Positions 1 to 14,628 of a stretch of DNA of 64,000 nucleotides are shown here, in pieces. Location of the stretch: NCBI RefSeq assembly GCF_009914755.1, contig NC_060938.1; one strand, given 5' to 3'. The stretch comes from the human T2T-CHM13v2.0 reference genome, Homo sapiens. The notes under the pieces are model-generated. The model ran no database searches, was not told the origin of the DNA, and saw only the letters and a program-made list of their open reading frames with translations. Made by a program: the position numbers and the translations under genes. Position 1 is the stretch's first letter. Every line of letters begins with the position of its first letter.

Positions 1-739
1 TTTTGAAGGATGAATGAAGTGATCTGCTATACTTGGTTGGGACACAGAGTCGTAGGGAAAATCATTCTCTCTCTAGGCATTGATACTGTGAAAGTATACA
101 AAAGGCATTCTCTCAAAGAAGATGTATCCAAAAACAGTGACTGGACTAAAGCTCCATGGAACAGACAGCAGATGTTCACCAGAACCCAGCCTTGGGTTTA
201 AACCATTACAGTGCTTTGCATCTTCTGGTCTTCTCTATCTTAAAAACTCAAAAGAAAAAAGAATCCTCCAGTATAAATAAAGCTAAAGGAAATCCCACAC
301 ACAGCTAAGCATAGAGGAGGCACTGAATAAAAATGAAGTTGATTTATCAGTGGCTATCCATAAGCCAGAGGTTACTTACTCCCCTGAAAGAAAGCAAAGC
401 AAAAAGGTTTGTCTTTATTTCTCAAGACCAAAGGGAGAAAGCCAAGCTTTTTAAAGTGACCAAGAAACAAGAGGCTAGAATGAGCGAGGCTGCCACATGT
501 CATAAATGCACATCCTACATGCAAGCAAGGCCAAACCTGCATCTGTTTCCCAACTCCTGAAACTGAAGGCTCTTTGGGGAGGAATTCTGCCTTTTTCAGA
601 TTCCTGCCGTGAAGGCAGAGAATGAGAAACATGTCAACTTTCTAGAGTGCTAAAAGCAAACTTGGGCAGCAGAGCAGGGTATCTGCCTGCAGGCTTCGCT
701 CACTCAACTATTCCCCACACGTTTCCTACGTGCCTGCTA

Positions 740-1128
<389 letters not shown>

Positions 1129-1459
1129 TCAATTATTTCAGTGACTGAGAGAGAAGAGTATGTTCAGCTCTGCATGGCCCAGGGCAGGTGTGGCCAGTTC
1201 TACCTGAGGGTCAGCAAGGGCTCCACCAGGGAGAGGGACCACTTAAACCATCCAGAAGATGACAGATGTGCATCAAGTGCGCCCAGGGACAGGGTGGAGG
1301 TGGAGGACAATCAAACCGCCTGCCCAGAGGAAACCGCCTGCCCAGAGGAGCCACAAGCAGTTTGCTCAGACACCAGGGGAATGTGTGACAAGAGTCGTCT
1401 CTCTGGGCAGGGACACAGAGCATCCCCTCAGACTAACAAGTTCACACACGTCTCTCACA

Positions 1460-1652
1460 CTGAGGTTCTTACCCTAGAGCCCATGGGCCTCCAGGGCATC
1501 CAGAGATGGGCTCTTCCAGGTCTGTGAACCCCATAAAACCATAGGCAGATGTTCACATCTATATGCGTGTTTTCCGGGGAGATGATCCACAACTTTCATA
1601 GGATTCTTGAAAGGGCCTGTGATTGCCAAAGAAAGGTGAAAAAGAAACACCC
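1460..1652. mobile_element. hAT-Charlie MITE (Charlie4z-like) overlapping the DPF3 alternative exon
   Basis: GGTTCTTACCCT...TCTGTGAACCCC...CTTTCATAGGATTCTTGAAAGGG...AAAGG resembles a recalled short Charlie consensus, with degenerate TIRs. Confidence 0.6.
1473..1534 (-). CDS. DPF3: DPF3 alternative first coding exon (MGFTDLEEPISGCPGGPWAL(G)), 20 codons + 2 nt
   Basis: Minus strand reads ATGGGGTTCACAGAC...GCTCTAGG|GTAAGA with a strong donor, phase 2. Matches a recalled DPF3 isoform N-terminus. Confidence 0.7.
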
Positions 1653-2228
1653 ATCAAGACTGAGTAGCCTGCACACTAGACTGTGGTATAGAATCCAGTT
1701 TCTCCCTGTCTGTCTCCTGCATATGGCTCAGTAACAGACATAGTAAGTTTTCAGAACTAGCAGAACTAAAGGGATGAGAAGAGCATTCCAGTATAAGCAG
1801 ATGGAAAGAAATTACCATTGGCATCACCAAAACAAATACCTGTGTGTACTGACTGTGTGCCAGGCTCTGGGCTAGACTTTAAAAACCAGTATCTCTTTCC
1901 ATAAAGCCACATGGAAGAGTGTCTTCTCAGCCTCCTGTTCCTGGAGCCAATATTGCATATTGGAGTCCCTAAATGTGGATTCAAGTCACCCAGAGCAATT
2001 CACTGCAATCGCCAGATCAGGCTCAAACTTTAGTTGGCAGTTGCCTAGCAACGAGTAACCCTGAAGACACATCACCAAACCCAGATGCCAAAAAGGGCAT
2101 TTTGTGGACAAGCTAGTTCTGAAACCAGCCCCTCATAAGTCTATTTGTCAGGCCTCCCTGGGGCTGTTGGGGTAAGGAGTAGACTTTGCAGCCAAAGGTA
2201 GGCTGAGAGGAGAAAGATAGAAAGGCAT

Positions 2229-2511
2229 TGTTTTTTGTTTTTTCAGACACGGTCTCACTCTGTTGCCCAGGCTGGAGTGCAGTGACACAAACACGGCTCA
2301 CTGCAGCCTCAACCTCTTGGGCTCGGGTGATCCTCCCACCTTAGCCTCCCAAATAACTGTGACTAAAGGCGCGTGCCACCACACCCAACTAGTTTTTCTA
2401 TGGGATTTTGCCCTGTTGCCCAGGCTGGCTCGAACTCCTGGGCTCAAGTGACCTGCCCACCTAGGCCTCCAAAAGTGCTGGGATTACAAGTATGAGCCAT
2501 TGCACCCAGCT
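2229..2511 (-). mobile_element. AluJ
   Basis: Antisense Alu consensus. Confidence 0.9.
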
Positions 2512-2963
2512 GGAAAGTGTTCTGCTGGTTGTATGTTTTCCCACCTCTAGGGAATAGGCATGAGAAGGGGAACTGAGGGTTAAAGGAGAAGGCAGCCTCC
2601 AGTGGAGAAGGCAGCCTCCAGTAGAGAAGGCAATTGGTGCCTCTTCACTTCCTCTTTCAGATTGTACCTATGGTTACTCTTCCAAGAAGTTGCTTAACAG
2701 ATGCCACCCACACCTAAAGACGCATAAAGCAGCAGGAAGACTTGACTGAACGTACATCCAGTCCTTCCCTAAAGCCATCATCCTCCTGCAGCTCCAAAAA
2801 CCCCACTGAACTATGGAAGGCTGGGGTGAGCAGGATGATAGACCTCAAACTACTTCTAACAGTGAAACTGGGGAAGCAGTTTTTAACCAACTCTCCAAGG
2901 CAACTCACTCCCTTACAGAGGCATGAAAGAGGCAAAGAGATCTCATTCTCTAAAATTCAGAGC

Positions 2964-3005
2964 TGTTGTTGTTGTTGTTGTTGTTGTTGTTGCTGTTGTT
3001 GTTGT
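2964..3005. repeat. (TTG)n trinucleotide microsatellite
   Basis: Seen directly, with one CTG interruption. Confidence 0.95.
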
Positions 3006-4831
3006 TTTTAACACAAAGCTCAGAAACTCCTTAAGCTAAGAGGCAGGTGAGACTGGGTTTCCCAAGACAAAGTTTCCAATCCAAACCATCACATAAGGCC
3101 AACACTGGGTATTCTCCCTGTGTCGATAGTGGGAAGCCTGGGAAGACGGCCTTCTTCGGAATCCACCGTCCCTTCCCTTGAAAGGTCTTGGGGGTAGGAG
3201 GAAAAGGGGCAAATAAATATATCAGTCTGGAGGTGATTCAGGAAGAACAAATGCGGATGTCAAACAACAAATAAGGCAGATATAAATCCAAATAAAATAT
3301 TAAAATCATTAAAGGGCTGCTGCTCCCTGAAGATTGGGAAAAATGAAGAGAGTTAATTAAAAGCAATCTCCATGCACTGCTGAGCCGGCCAGCCCTGATA
3401 AATCAACAGCTGGGGCTGCTGTGGAGGGCAGGCAAGGGGCTTCAGGAGGGGGTGGGCCAGCTGGGGGAAGGGGGTCTGCCACTGAGATGGCTGTGATGGC
3501 AAATTGAACACAGTGACTTAAGTTTCATGTTTTATTAAATATTTTATGACCACTGAATAAAGTTATTCTTTGGAGAGGGAGAAAATGATGAGCTGGGTAA
3601 GTGAAGGGGGGGAAGATAAGGATGAAGAGGTATTGTCTGATTCAAAACATACTTAGGACTGTGACGTTGGAACCTCTGATATCGCCCCCAAAGGCCGAAG
3701 CTTTGGGTTTTTTTTCTTTCTACTTGATCTGCAAAGGTAGCTGTGTCTTCGTCTTCTAAAATCTCTCTACAAAACTTGGGTTATGTTTATCTGAGGGACC
3801 AGGGAAGGCAGTGCAGAGTCAGGGAAAGTAATGAAGAGGAAGAAAAGACAGAAAAGATCCTCAAAATTGTCATTGCTGATCAAAGCCAGACTTTTAACAC
3901 AAAACTAAAAGGTCAGCAGAAATGGTGGGAACTCTTTTTTCTTTCTTTACTTCTTTCCTTCTCCCTTTTTTCTGCAGCTAGTTTTTGTGTGTAAAATGAA
4001 AAAGAGCTCCAAATTTTGGGGCTCAATCTAAGTCAAAAGCCAGCTATTTCAAAAGTGTTAGAAGAACAGGCCCTTCTCTATTCTAAGGGGAAACCCTCCA
4101 GTTCTTCCTTGATGAAAATATAATCAAGAGAAATGATTGGGGGAAAGTGTTTTTTTCTCCTCCATAGAACTGGGATTGGAAGGGGAGTGTGTGCATGGGG
4201 AAACATAAGGAATTATGCATTTGGATATGCATTTTAATTAGGTGGACAGAAGCAGCCGCCTGTTAATTTTTCTTGCTTGTTTCCACTTAGCATTCATCAC
4301 AGGCAGAACTACCATAGAGCGCTCCCACGATAATAGATGGTTCTGCATTGGCTAAGTCCTCAGGGAAAATAATTAGCAGGAGAGAATATATTCTCTCCCC
4401 TCCCACTGCCCCATCCACCCTGCCCTCCCCCTATCACCAGCACCGCGTTGCCGCCCCTCTCCCCACTCCCCTCACCTATAGTGGTTTTCCTAGGAAAAGC
4501 CGAGGGCAGCAGTCAGCCTCCTGGTTTGCTAGCACTTACTTTGCCCTGCCAAAAAACAAGGGTCTAGGAGAAGAAACAGACAGATCAGAAGTCTCTATTG
4601 GAGTGGAAGCTCCTCGATGTAGGGAGGGAGTCAGGTGGCTGTGCTGATTAGTTCTCAGGGGCAGGCAGGCAATCCATGTTGGTTGTGGGATGAAGGAACT
4701 CCAAAGAGGATGAGAGAGTTCTCGTTGTGCTCAACTGGCAGCCAAAGATGTATCGAGAGTTGCTGGTTGAGGACAGCAGGAGTAGGGATGATGTTTTTTG
4801 CTTCATTTGCTCTTGTAAAGGAAAGTTGCAG

Positions 4832-5175
4832 GGCCAAGTAAGTGCAGTGGTTTTCACCTGCAATCCCAGCATTTTGGGAAGCTGAGGTAAGAGGATCACT
4901 TGAGGCCAGAAGTTCAAGACCAGCCTGGGCAGCACAGTGAGACCCCCATCTCTATAAAAAAATTAAAAATTAAGTGTGGCAGTACGCACCTGTAGTCCCA
5001 GCTACTTGGGAAGCTGAGGTGGGAGATCACTTGAGTCAAGGAGTTTGAGGCCACAGTGAGCTGTGATGGCACCACTGCACTCCAGCCTGGGTGACAGAGT
5101 GATCGCACTACTGCACTCCAGCCTGGGTGAGAGTGAGACCCTATCTCCAAAAAATATATGAGAAAAGAAAATAAA
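4832..5175 (+). mobile_element. AluJ with internal duplication of about 36 bp
   Basis: Alu consensus, with ACTGCACTCCAGCCTGGGTGA present twice. Confidence 0.9.
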
Positions 5176-5302
5176 GAAAGTTGTAGCTTTGCAGCAAGAC
5201 TGAATCTGAACCACTTCCAAGGCTGGCAACCAAGACATGTATGTAACTCTGAGATCTGACCCCACCGCAATGCTCTCTGGTCTACTTTTCTATAAAGAAT
5301 CT

Positions 5303-5609
5303 GGCCTGGCATGGTGGCTTACGCCTGTAATCCCAGCACGTGGGGAGGCCCAGGTGGGCAGATCACTTGAGGTCAGGAGATCGAGACCAGCCTGGCCAAC
5401 ATGATAAAACCCGATCTCTACTGAAAATACAAAAATTAGCTGGGTGTGGTGGCATGTGCCTTTAATATCAGCTACTCCTGTGTCTGAAGTACAAGATCAC
5501 TTGAACGTGGGAGGCAGAGGTTGCAGTGAGCCAAGATCACGCCACTGCACTCCAGCCTAGGCGACAGAGTGAGACTCTGTCTCAAAAAAAAAAAAAAAAA
5601 GAAAAAGAA
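5303..5609 (+). mobile_element. AluS
   Basis: Full dimer with A-tail and TSD AAAGAATC. Confidence 0.93.
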
Positions 5610-6472
5610 AAAGAATCCATTCTTGCCACTGACCTCCAATGCCAACAGCTCACTCTCCTTATTCACAAGCAGATCTAAGCCCCTGCCCCGCCTCCACTTC
5701 TTCTCTCTCCCTCAGTCATCTCAGTTGAAGGAGGAGCCAGAGACCAGGCAAGGACCAAAGGCCCAAGTTCCCAGAAGAGCACCCCACTCTACCAACCGCG
5801 CTTCTGCTTCCTCTGGTTTGGTGGGTGAACTCAGGTCAGGGCTATGACCGGAAATGAAATGAGGGTTTCCCCTGAGCTCACATTCTCACTTATTTCAAAC
5901 CCAGACAATAGGAAAATCCCACTGAGATCCCAGGGCTATTTACACAGCCTGGATGAGTAGACCTTGCATTTCCTGAGAAACAATGATTAGATGTGATGGG
6001 TAATGCCAGAAACATTTATTTTTGTTTTAATATTTAAAATAATGTTTAATATAGTAGGTATTATTGACTGCCTGAGGAGGCCATGATCAGCTACAGGAAA
6101 CTTTTAGTTCTCATAGTAACACCTCACATTTGCACTTTCCACCTTCTGAAATGTTTCCACATCCATTATTTCATGTGGGCCGCTGCGGGGAAGCCAGGCT
6201 GGAGGAAGGGGAAGGGAGGAGAAGGGAGACACAAGCTCTCCTGGCTGTTTGGAAGGACAGGCCTGACTTGCTAACTCCTGCCCCCCAAGCTATCCTGTCA
6301 TCACCGTGCTTCCACCCACCTCCTGTTGTCAGACATCACATCTCCATCCACCTAGGAAGCCTTCACTCCAAGCCTCACCAGGTAACTGCTAGTGCTACAG
6401 CCCCTGGAACTGCCTCAAACCCAAACCCTGACCCCCACGAGGAGTCCCTGCCCTCAAAGGAAGGGGGATATA

Positions 6473-6595
6473 GGCTGGGCACGGTGGCTCACGCCTGTAA
6501 TCCCAGCACTTTGGGAGGCCGAGGCGGGCGGATCACGAGGTCAGGAGATCGAGACCGTCCTGGCTAACACGGTGAAACCCCGTCTCTACTAAAAA

Positions 6596-6662
<67 letters not shown>

Positions 6663-6826
6663 CCGGGCGTAAGGCGGGCACCTGCAGTCCCAGCTACTCG
6701 GGAGGCTGAGCCCGGGGAATGGGGAATGGCGTGAACCCGGGAGGTGGAGCTTGCAGTGAGCCGAGATCGCGCCACTGCACTCCAGCCTGGGCGACAGAGC
6801 GAGACTCCGTCTCAAAAAAAAAAAAC
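6473..6826 (+). mobile_element. AluY with (TA)n expansion in the central linker
   Basis: AluY diagnostic positions, (TA)n at 6599-6659, TSD AGGAAGGGGGATAT. Confidence 0.95.
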
Positions 6827-7049
6827 AGGAAGGGGGATATGAGGGGAAGGCAATCCCTGTGGCTGGGGATGGGAGAATTGAGTCTCTGGGTTCCTAGTTC
6901 CCAGTGTGTTTATCCCAGAACGCAATGGACTACCAATAGAGGGAGAGGCAGAGAGGTTGAATTCTGTAATACTATTAGGTTTGGGTTTTTTTGTTTGTTT
7001 AGTTTATAAGGTGGAGAATGCCTATATTATCTAGAAATGTAGCCGCTAA

Positions 7050-7375
7050 TTTTTTGGGTTTGTTTGTTTGTTTGTTTGTTTGTTTGTTTGTTTTTTGAGA
7101 TAAGGTCTTGCTCTGTCACCCAGGCTGGAGTACATGGAGTACAGTAGCGTGATCACAGCTCACTGCAGCCTCAACCTCCCGGGCTCAAGCCATCTTCCTG
7201 CCTTAGCCTCCCGAGTAGCTAGGACCACAGGTGTACACCACCACACCCGGCTTTTTTTTTTATTTTTTGTAGCGACAGGGTCTCATGATATGTCCAGGCT
7301 GGTCTTGAATGCCTGAGCTCAAGGGATCCTCCTGCCTCAGCCTCCCAAAGTGCTAAGATTACAGGCATGAGCCTA
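7050..7375 (-). mobile_element. AluJ with (TTTG)n tail
   Basis: Antisense Alu consensus. Confidence 0.9.
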
Positions 7376-7459
7376 GCCTAGTCCCTAGATTTTACAGTCC
7401 AAAAATGAAGGAGACCTAGGCATAGTGAAAACCCAAAAGAAATGAAAATGGGGACTCAA

Positions 7460-8280
<821 letters not shown>

Positions 8281-8833
8281 AAATTGAGGGAATGCCTCTC
8301 TCTGCTGGAGGTCAGGGTGACCATTTTGTTTTCTCTTTAAAGTCTCAGAATTTACACACCAGCTCCTGTGTAGACTCTGATGAGTTCTGCAACCTCCTCC
8401 CCCTTCTCTTTATGCTTGCAAAAAAACTGCCATGGAAGCTTTCCACCAAAGAAAAGCCTGATAATAATGTCCCCACTGAAATCTGAGATGTTCTGGAGAC
8501 ATGTCACTGAAGGGGAGGCATGAAGTCCAGTCTAGTCTTGGCTAATACCCACTCAGGTAGGGGCTAGTTCCACACAACTGCTGGGCACCTCCATTTCCTC
8601 AGCAGTAACACAGGTATGCTAGAGGAAGCTCAGTGAGACATCAGTACAGGTCCACTTACTTCAGCTCACTAAACATCCAGGTATCTGTGGCTGCCCAAAT
8701 TAAAATAAAATAAGCACTTTATTTTCAGATTAATTGGGATAGGTGCCATGGTAGAGGAGAAGGCCAGAGAGATCATGGACAAATAAAGTCCAGACCGGAG
8801 GACTGGCTGGAAAATTGGTTACCCTTCTGCCTC

Positions 8834-8837
<4 letters not shown>

Positions 8838-8879
<42 letters not shown>
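8838..8879. repeat. (CA)n microsatellite, about 21 units
   Basis: Seen directly. Confidence 0.95.
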
Positions 8880-8884
<5 letters not shown>

Positions 8885-11811
8885 AAGCAAAATACAGATG
8901 TTCTCAGTGATTCCAGTCTTTTAACCACCAAAAACTGAGTGCTTATCCACGTCAAAATAGGCCAATTGGTCTTCAAGTTCCTCATTCTCATCAGCTTCTG
9001 GATGGGATGCTAGTGAGAAGAAAATCACTGAAAAGGAAGAGCCAGAGGAAAAGCCCACATTCTAAATGGCCCACCACCTGGTCCTCAGCCTCAGACCTTG
9101 AGAAGGGATAGGAAGTTCCACCCAGCTTAGAACCCCAAGAAGGGAGCACCATGTAGCAAGACTGAATCAGAGAATAAGAAACTGTGGAAGTCTCCAGTCT
9201 TAAATGTTCTCTTTAGAGCCACACTTTAAAAATAAGAAAAAATCAGAACTCTGGCCCCTAGCTGTCCTCTCTGTCCTAATCCACCATAATAAGAGCCAGA
9301 AAGTTGTTGGCTTGAAAGGAATTTGGGGAATCAAAGTACATCACCATCATAAAGACAAGGAATATGCGGCTCAAAGAAGTTCTGTGTCCCAGATCACAAG
9401 CTAGTTGCCTGTAGCTCTGGAAGCGGAGCTCAAGGCTTGGGATTCCTCTCCCAGAGCTTTTTCTCCTCCATTACTCTGAAGTCACTAAGGCTACAAAAAA
9501 TCAGCCACTGGTGAGAAATGAACATGGAAGAGGAAAAGAGGTTGAGACGGGTTTCATCAATAGCAGGTGAAAGTGTGAGGATGGGAAAAACTTTCTGGTG
9601 GAGCTTCCAAGTGCAGATCATTCAAACAGCAGATTTTCAAGGTGAATAACAACAACTAAAAAAAAACCTTTTATCAGCAACCTGAGATGATCACAGTCCC
9701 CAGATTCAGAGAGGGAGGAGAGGGTGCAAAGGGGGGATTAGACATGTGCCAGCATTGTTCCGCAGGCTCAGAACTGAGGCCTGGCTGGTGAGGACTCAAT
9801 GCGGGCTATTTGAACCCCATTATTAGGAGCTCTGAACCTAATCCTCTCACCCCTCCCTGCTTCCACACATTGCCCCTAAATTGTAACCTCTTCAGGGATT
9901 CTCTCCCTTCCCTTGCCACTGCCTGCCACACTAATATTCACAAACACACAGCCTAGAAATTCTCCAGTCTGCTCCTCTTCCCTCTGCCCCACCAACACCT
10001 CCTAACCACTGCTTTTAAAACTCTAATGCAAATCACAGGCTTCAAAAACCTTCCCTCAGTGACAGTTTTACGATGCTAGCTCCATTCATCCATATGGTTT
10101 GACAGACTGTGAAACACCAGTAACCGGACCAATAAGAAAAACAAATTACAAAAACACTGCAACACCTCATCTCTCCCCAGTCACTCAAACAACTAGAAAA
10201 CTTTGGAATTTGCAATGGATCACAATATCAGTCTCTCTTGCAGTTCAACAACAATCTTTGCAGAGTTCCATACCACACAGTGGTTTTACCCACTCCTCCA
10301 TCCTCCCCCTACCCAAGGCCACTCTCCATCTTTCCTTGTTAACTACCTTCATATTTAAAGACTATTTAAAATTAGGGCCATGCTTACAAATTCCCCTGTT
10401 GGGTCGTAGCTGGGCAAAAAATATTTCAGTGGTTGTGGGATTTTTTTGGCCAGAGGTTTGCAACATTTGGCTACATTTCTGTTTTCTAGTGACTTTCAAA
10501 ACACTCAAAAACCACAAAAGTTACTTTGCAGAGGTTGGGATAATAAACAGGCCTGGATTCTGGTGCCTCTTTATGACCCAGCCCCCATCGCCACTACTGT
10601 CAGCATAGCTGCCTTAGAAAACTGAAACATCAGCCTCAGTTTCCATTCTTTTTCTGGTGCATGATCAAAACAAAACATGCTGACCATGACATTTTATTTT
10701 TTGCATTGATCTGAACAGATGGCTCTGAAACAGCTTTAGACATTATGGTCTTTCTCAGATGTATCCAAATTCCAGCTACCTGCATGATTCCAAAAAGAGG
10801 AGGATGAGAGGTCTCCAACTCAGCTGTCTCTGAATTCAAGCCCACCTTATGTGACTAAGCAGCTCCCATTCAACTGGCAGTCTTCAATGTCTCCCGGGAG
10901 GCCTGCAGACCAGGCTATTTTCAGAGGTTTACCCTGTGACAATGCCTCCACTTGGGTTCTCGCAGACATTAATCTCCATCATAGGTGTCTCATCAAAAGC
11001 AGACATTTACCCATTGAAAAATAATGTGTGCTAATGAGGTTTGGAGAATTTAGGGCTTTTTTATAGTGGCAACCAGAAGCAGATGGAGAACAGGTTCTTG
11101 GGAATCTGTTGGCTTACAACGTCCGAGGGTCCTTTTTCATAAGAAGCTAAAACAATGTCCATAAAAGGCAGCAAGTTCACAAAGTCCCGGCCTCAATGCT
11201 GTCTACTTAGTACCTACCCACATCCCCCCAACCTCGACAGAAAGAGCTAAGAGGAGATTAGAACCAGGAATGTGACCCCCACCCCTTCCCCTCTGATATC
11301 TAAACTGAGTGCCACAGCAAGAGTGAGGTCTGGCTTCTAACTTTCACATGCACAAAACCACTTTAGATTAGAATACACTAATACAGGTCATAGAATGCAC
11401 AAAGAGATCTAGATTTGACGTTCATCTACACACATGACCTGCTGTTTGACTTGGCTAAGTAAGTTTATTTTCTTCTCCCAGAGTAGTGTTCTTAACAACA
11501 AAACAGGGACATAAACACATACCTCCAAGCAAGGTTAACTCCTTACAAAAGAAAGTTTCAATACAATCACGTATATGTGTGTGTTCACAGTTATAAGCAT
11601 GACAAAATAGTTTATGGGTCTCTTTATAAATAATTACTTAAGGTAAAGCCCTGTTGGTTCATATGGAATTTAATAATAATAATTTTTTTCTAAGTAGGCA
11701 ATTATAATAATAGACATATATGTGTATAATCAAGTCTGGCAGAAGGTGGCAGACATTCTCAGTTAAATGCATACCAACCAGGATTTTGATAATACAAGAG
11801 TAAGTTGTTTA

Positions 11812-12210
<399 letters not shown>

Positions 12211-13832
12211 TTATGTTTCCCAGGTATGCAGAAATCAACCAGAACGTGACTAATCTACATGCAGGCCTTTATCAAATCCATATTTATGTTACCTGCATGT
12301 GTTTACTTCACTACCTGGGCCTTATCTCGCTTGTATATGTAAGAAATGAGGGTAACTCTCATACATCTTTGCTCAGACAATGTAGCTGCTAAATTAAATA
12401 ATATGTAATACACATTTACACATCATACATGTCCACCAGTGCTTTTGAATTCTATTTGTCCAGATGTGACTGCTTGGTTGTGGGGGCCACCTGCCGTGTC
12501 CCCTTTGTGATCTGATCAGTGCAGGCGGCTCCTATTTCTGCCTCTAACACCCTGTTGGGCAGTAATAAGATGTTAAAGGCGACAACAGAGAGAGAAGCTG
12601 GGCTGTCAGCTTCAGAGAGGAAGGGGGTGAAGGGTACAACAAGGAAGAAAAAGAAAGGGAGTTGAGGGGAGATCAAAGACAGGCAGGAAGAAAGCCAAAT
12701 TGCTAAGAGAGGAGATGTGGCTTCAGGAGCTTGGGACCCTAAGGAAAACCCCAAAGCAATGAGATTCAAAATTGTGCCATCCCATCACCCCAGCTAATTG
12801 AATTATTGAATGTCCCACGTGGAAAAAGCTAGTACAGTGAAAAATAGCCCATACTCAGCGTAGGCAGAGCCCTGCATAGGTGCTGCTGGAAATCTGAGCT
12901 TGTTTCTTCCCAACACATTAACTACCACCACTTTATCCCCCCATCCTGAGGAAACCTTTGTGTGACCATTTTCTGTAGGAGACGTCCGTGGTGTTGGCTT
13001 TTTTTTTTTTTGGAGGGAAGAGAGAGACTCAGAACGCACACAGAGAAAATGCTAATGTCGTTCAGCTCTGTTTCATTGTCAGGAGGGACACATGAGGATA
13101 AAAACATAGCTCTCCAAACCATTCTCCCCGCTACCCCTCCTCCCTGCACCACCACCATCCCTTCGGCTGGATGTGTCTCTGCACTTTGTTCTAATTTATC
13201 CCATGCATAATTTATTCACGTGTGTATTGTTTCCTGATCAGCAACTTTTAAAAACAAATGAAATATATAAGATGTTTTATTAAACAAGTTATTTTTAAAA
13301 AAATAAAGGCAGATGGTGTCCCTCTCCCAATAACAACGTGTGTGCTCCTGCGTTAGGAGTTGTCAAAAACTGTCCAGGGTGTGAGAGGCTGGGCTGGTCA
13401 GTGGTATTGTTTATACCCCTTTACTCACAGGGAAAGGGTCTGGGAAGCAGAAAGGAATAGCTAATTATAAATGACCAAGCAACTCCCACCTAGAAAAAGC
13501 AAGCAGGGGCGTTGTGTGTATGCTAGTGTCTGCATGTGGGTGGCAACACAATTACAAATACATCACGTTGCAACTGTTTCTAATTATACAAAGTACAATT
13601 CAGAACTAATTCCACTAACCGGCCAGAATTCCGCCACCTTCTTTCCCGCGTCTGTCCCTTCCCCCACCCTTAACCCCACCCTACACAGACTCCCTCCCCA
13701 AACACGCACCCTACTGTGATCCAAAAAACCCTGGAGCGAGTAGGGGAACACAAGCTTAGAGATACTGCGCCCGCCCGCGCGAAAGCGGGCTCCCGGGTAA
13801 CTAGGGTACGGCTTTCCCAGGAGGAAACAAAC

Positions 13833-14029
13833 CTGGTGCACATGTGAAATAGGTTCTCTAACTTGAGTTTACCAGGTGGCATCAGCCCGGTTATGTGATT
13901 TCGGCTGGAAATGGGGAAACTGCAAATCAGTTGTGGGTTCGGTAGAAACAGCATCAGCGGTGTTGCAGCGAAAGCAACCGGCAGCGAGGATGCGGCGAAG
14001 TTACGCCCATTTATTCTGCCATAAAACAT
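13833..14029 (-). CDS. DPF3: DPF3 alternative first coding exon (MFYGRINGRN...LFHMCT(R)), 65 codons + 2 nt
   Basis: Open frame within ORF 13670..14062(-) ending at ACCAG|GTTTGT, phase 2 like canonical exon 1. Matches a recalled long-N-terminus DPF3 isoform. Confidence 0.7.
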
Positions 14030-14628
14030 TTTCTTTCTTGGGTGAAACGCTGTGGCGTTCAAGCGCAGTGTATCCGAGCTTCCGAGCCAGAACTGAAGCC
14101 AGGAGCTCCTATCTGATCAGCCTCAGCTTCCAACGTCCTCTTAACGGCAGCTTTCATATAAATATATTTGAAACCTGGGGCCTTCCTACCCCTTTCCCTA
14201 TTTCTGATGGGCGACGAGCTGGCGCAAACACGTCCGATTCTCCCTGTGCATTCCTTTGCGTTAGGAACCCCCTACCGTCCCCGGGAGCGAACCTGGTTTT
14301 CAACTCCAGGAGTGGCCAGGGGTGAAGACGAGAATGCGCTGAATTAAAAGAACCAGGGTCGACAGCGGCCACGCACCAGGGAGAATTCGGCATGAACCGC
14401 CCCCCACCCGACCTGCACCTCCCTCTGCCACTTCGCCTGCGGCTTCGTCCGGGCGGGGAAGTCCCGGTCGAAGGGGTGAGGACCCCCCAGCCCACCTCGG
14501 ATACGGAGGGAGCCACCCTCTGCCGACATCACCCAATAGCACCCCTTTCAGAGCGACACTAGTTTTCCGAGGCCACCCCTGGCTCCGCGATCGCGAGCGG
14601 ACTTGGCGGCTTAACAGTTCCACCGACT

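Noticed and set aside
2742-3011. ORF ending in poly-Cys
   Set aside because: Translation of the (TTG)n microsatellite.
13461-13470. MEF2 consensus CTAATTATAA in DPF3 intron 1
   Set aside because: A single degenerate 10-mer is expected by chance in AT-rich DNA, and similar matches occur inside L1.
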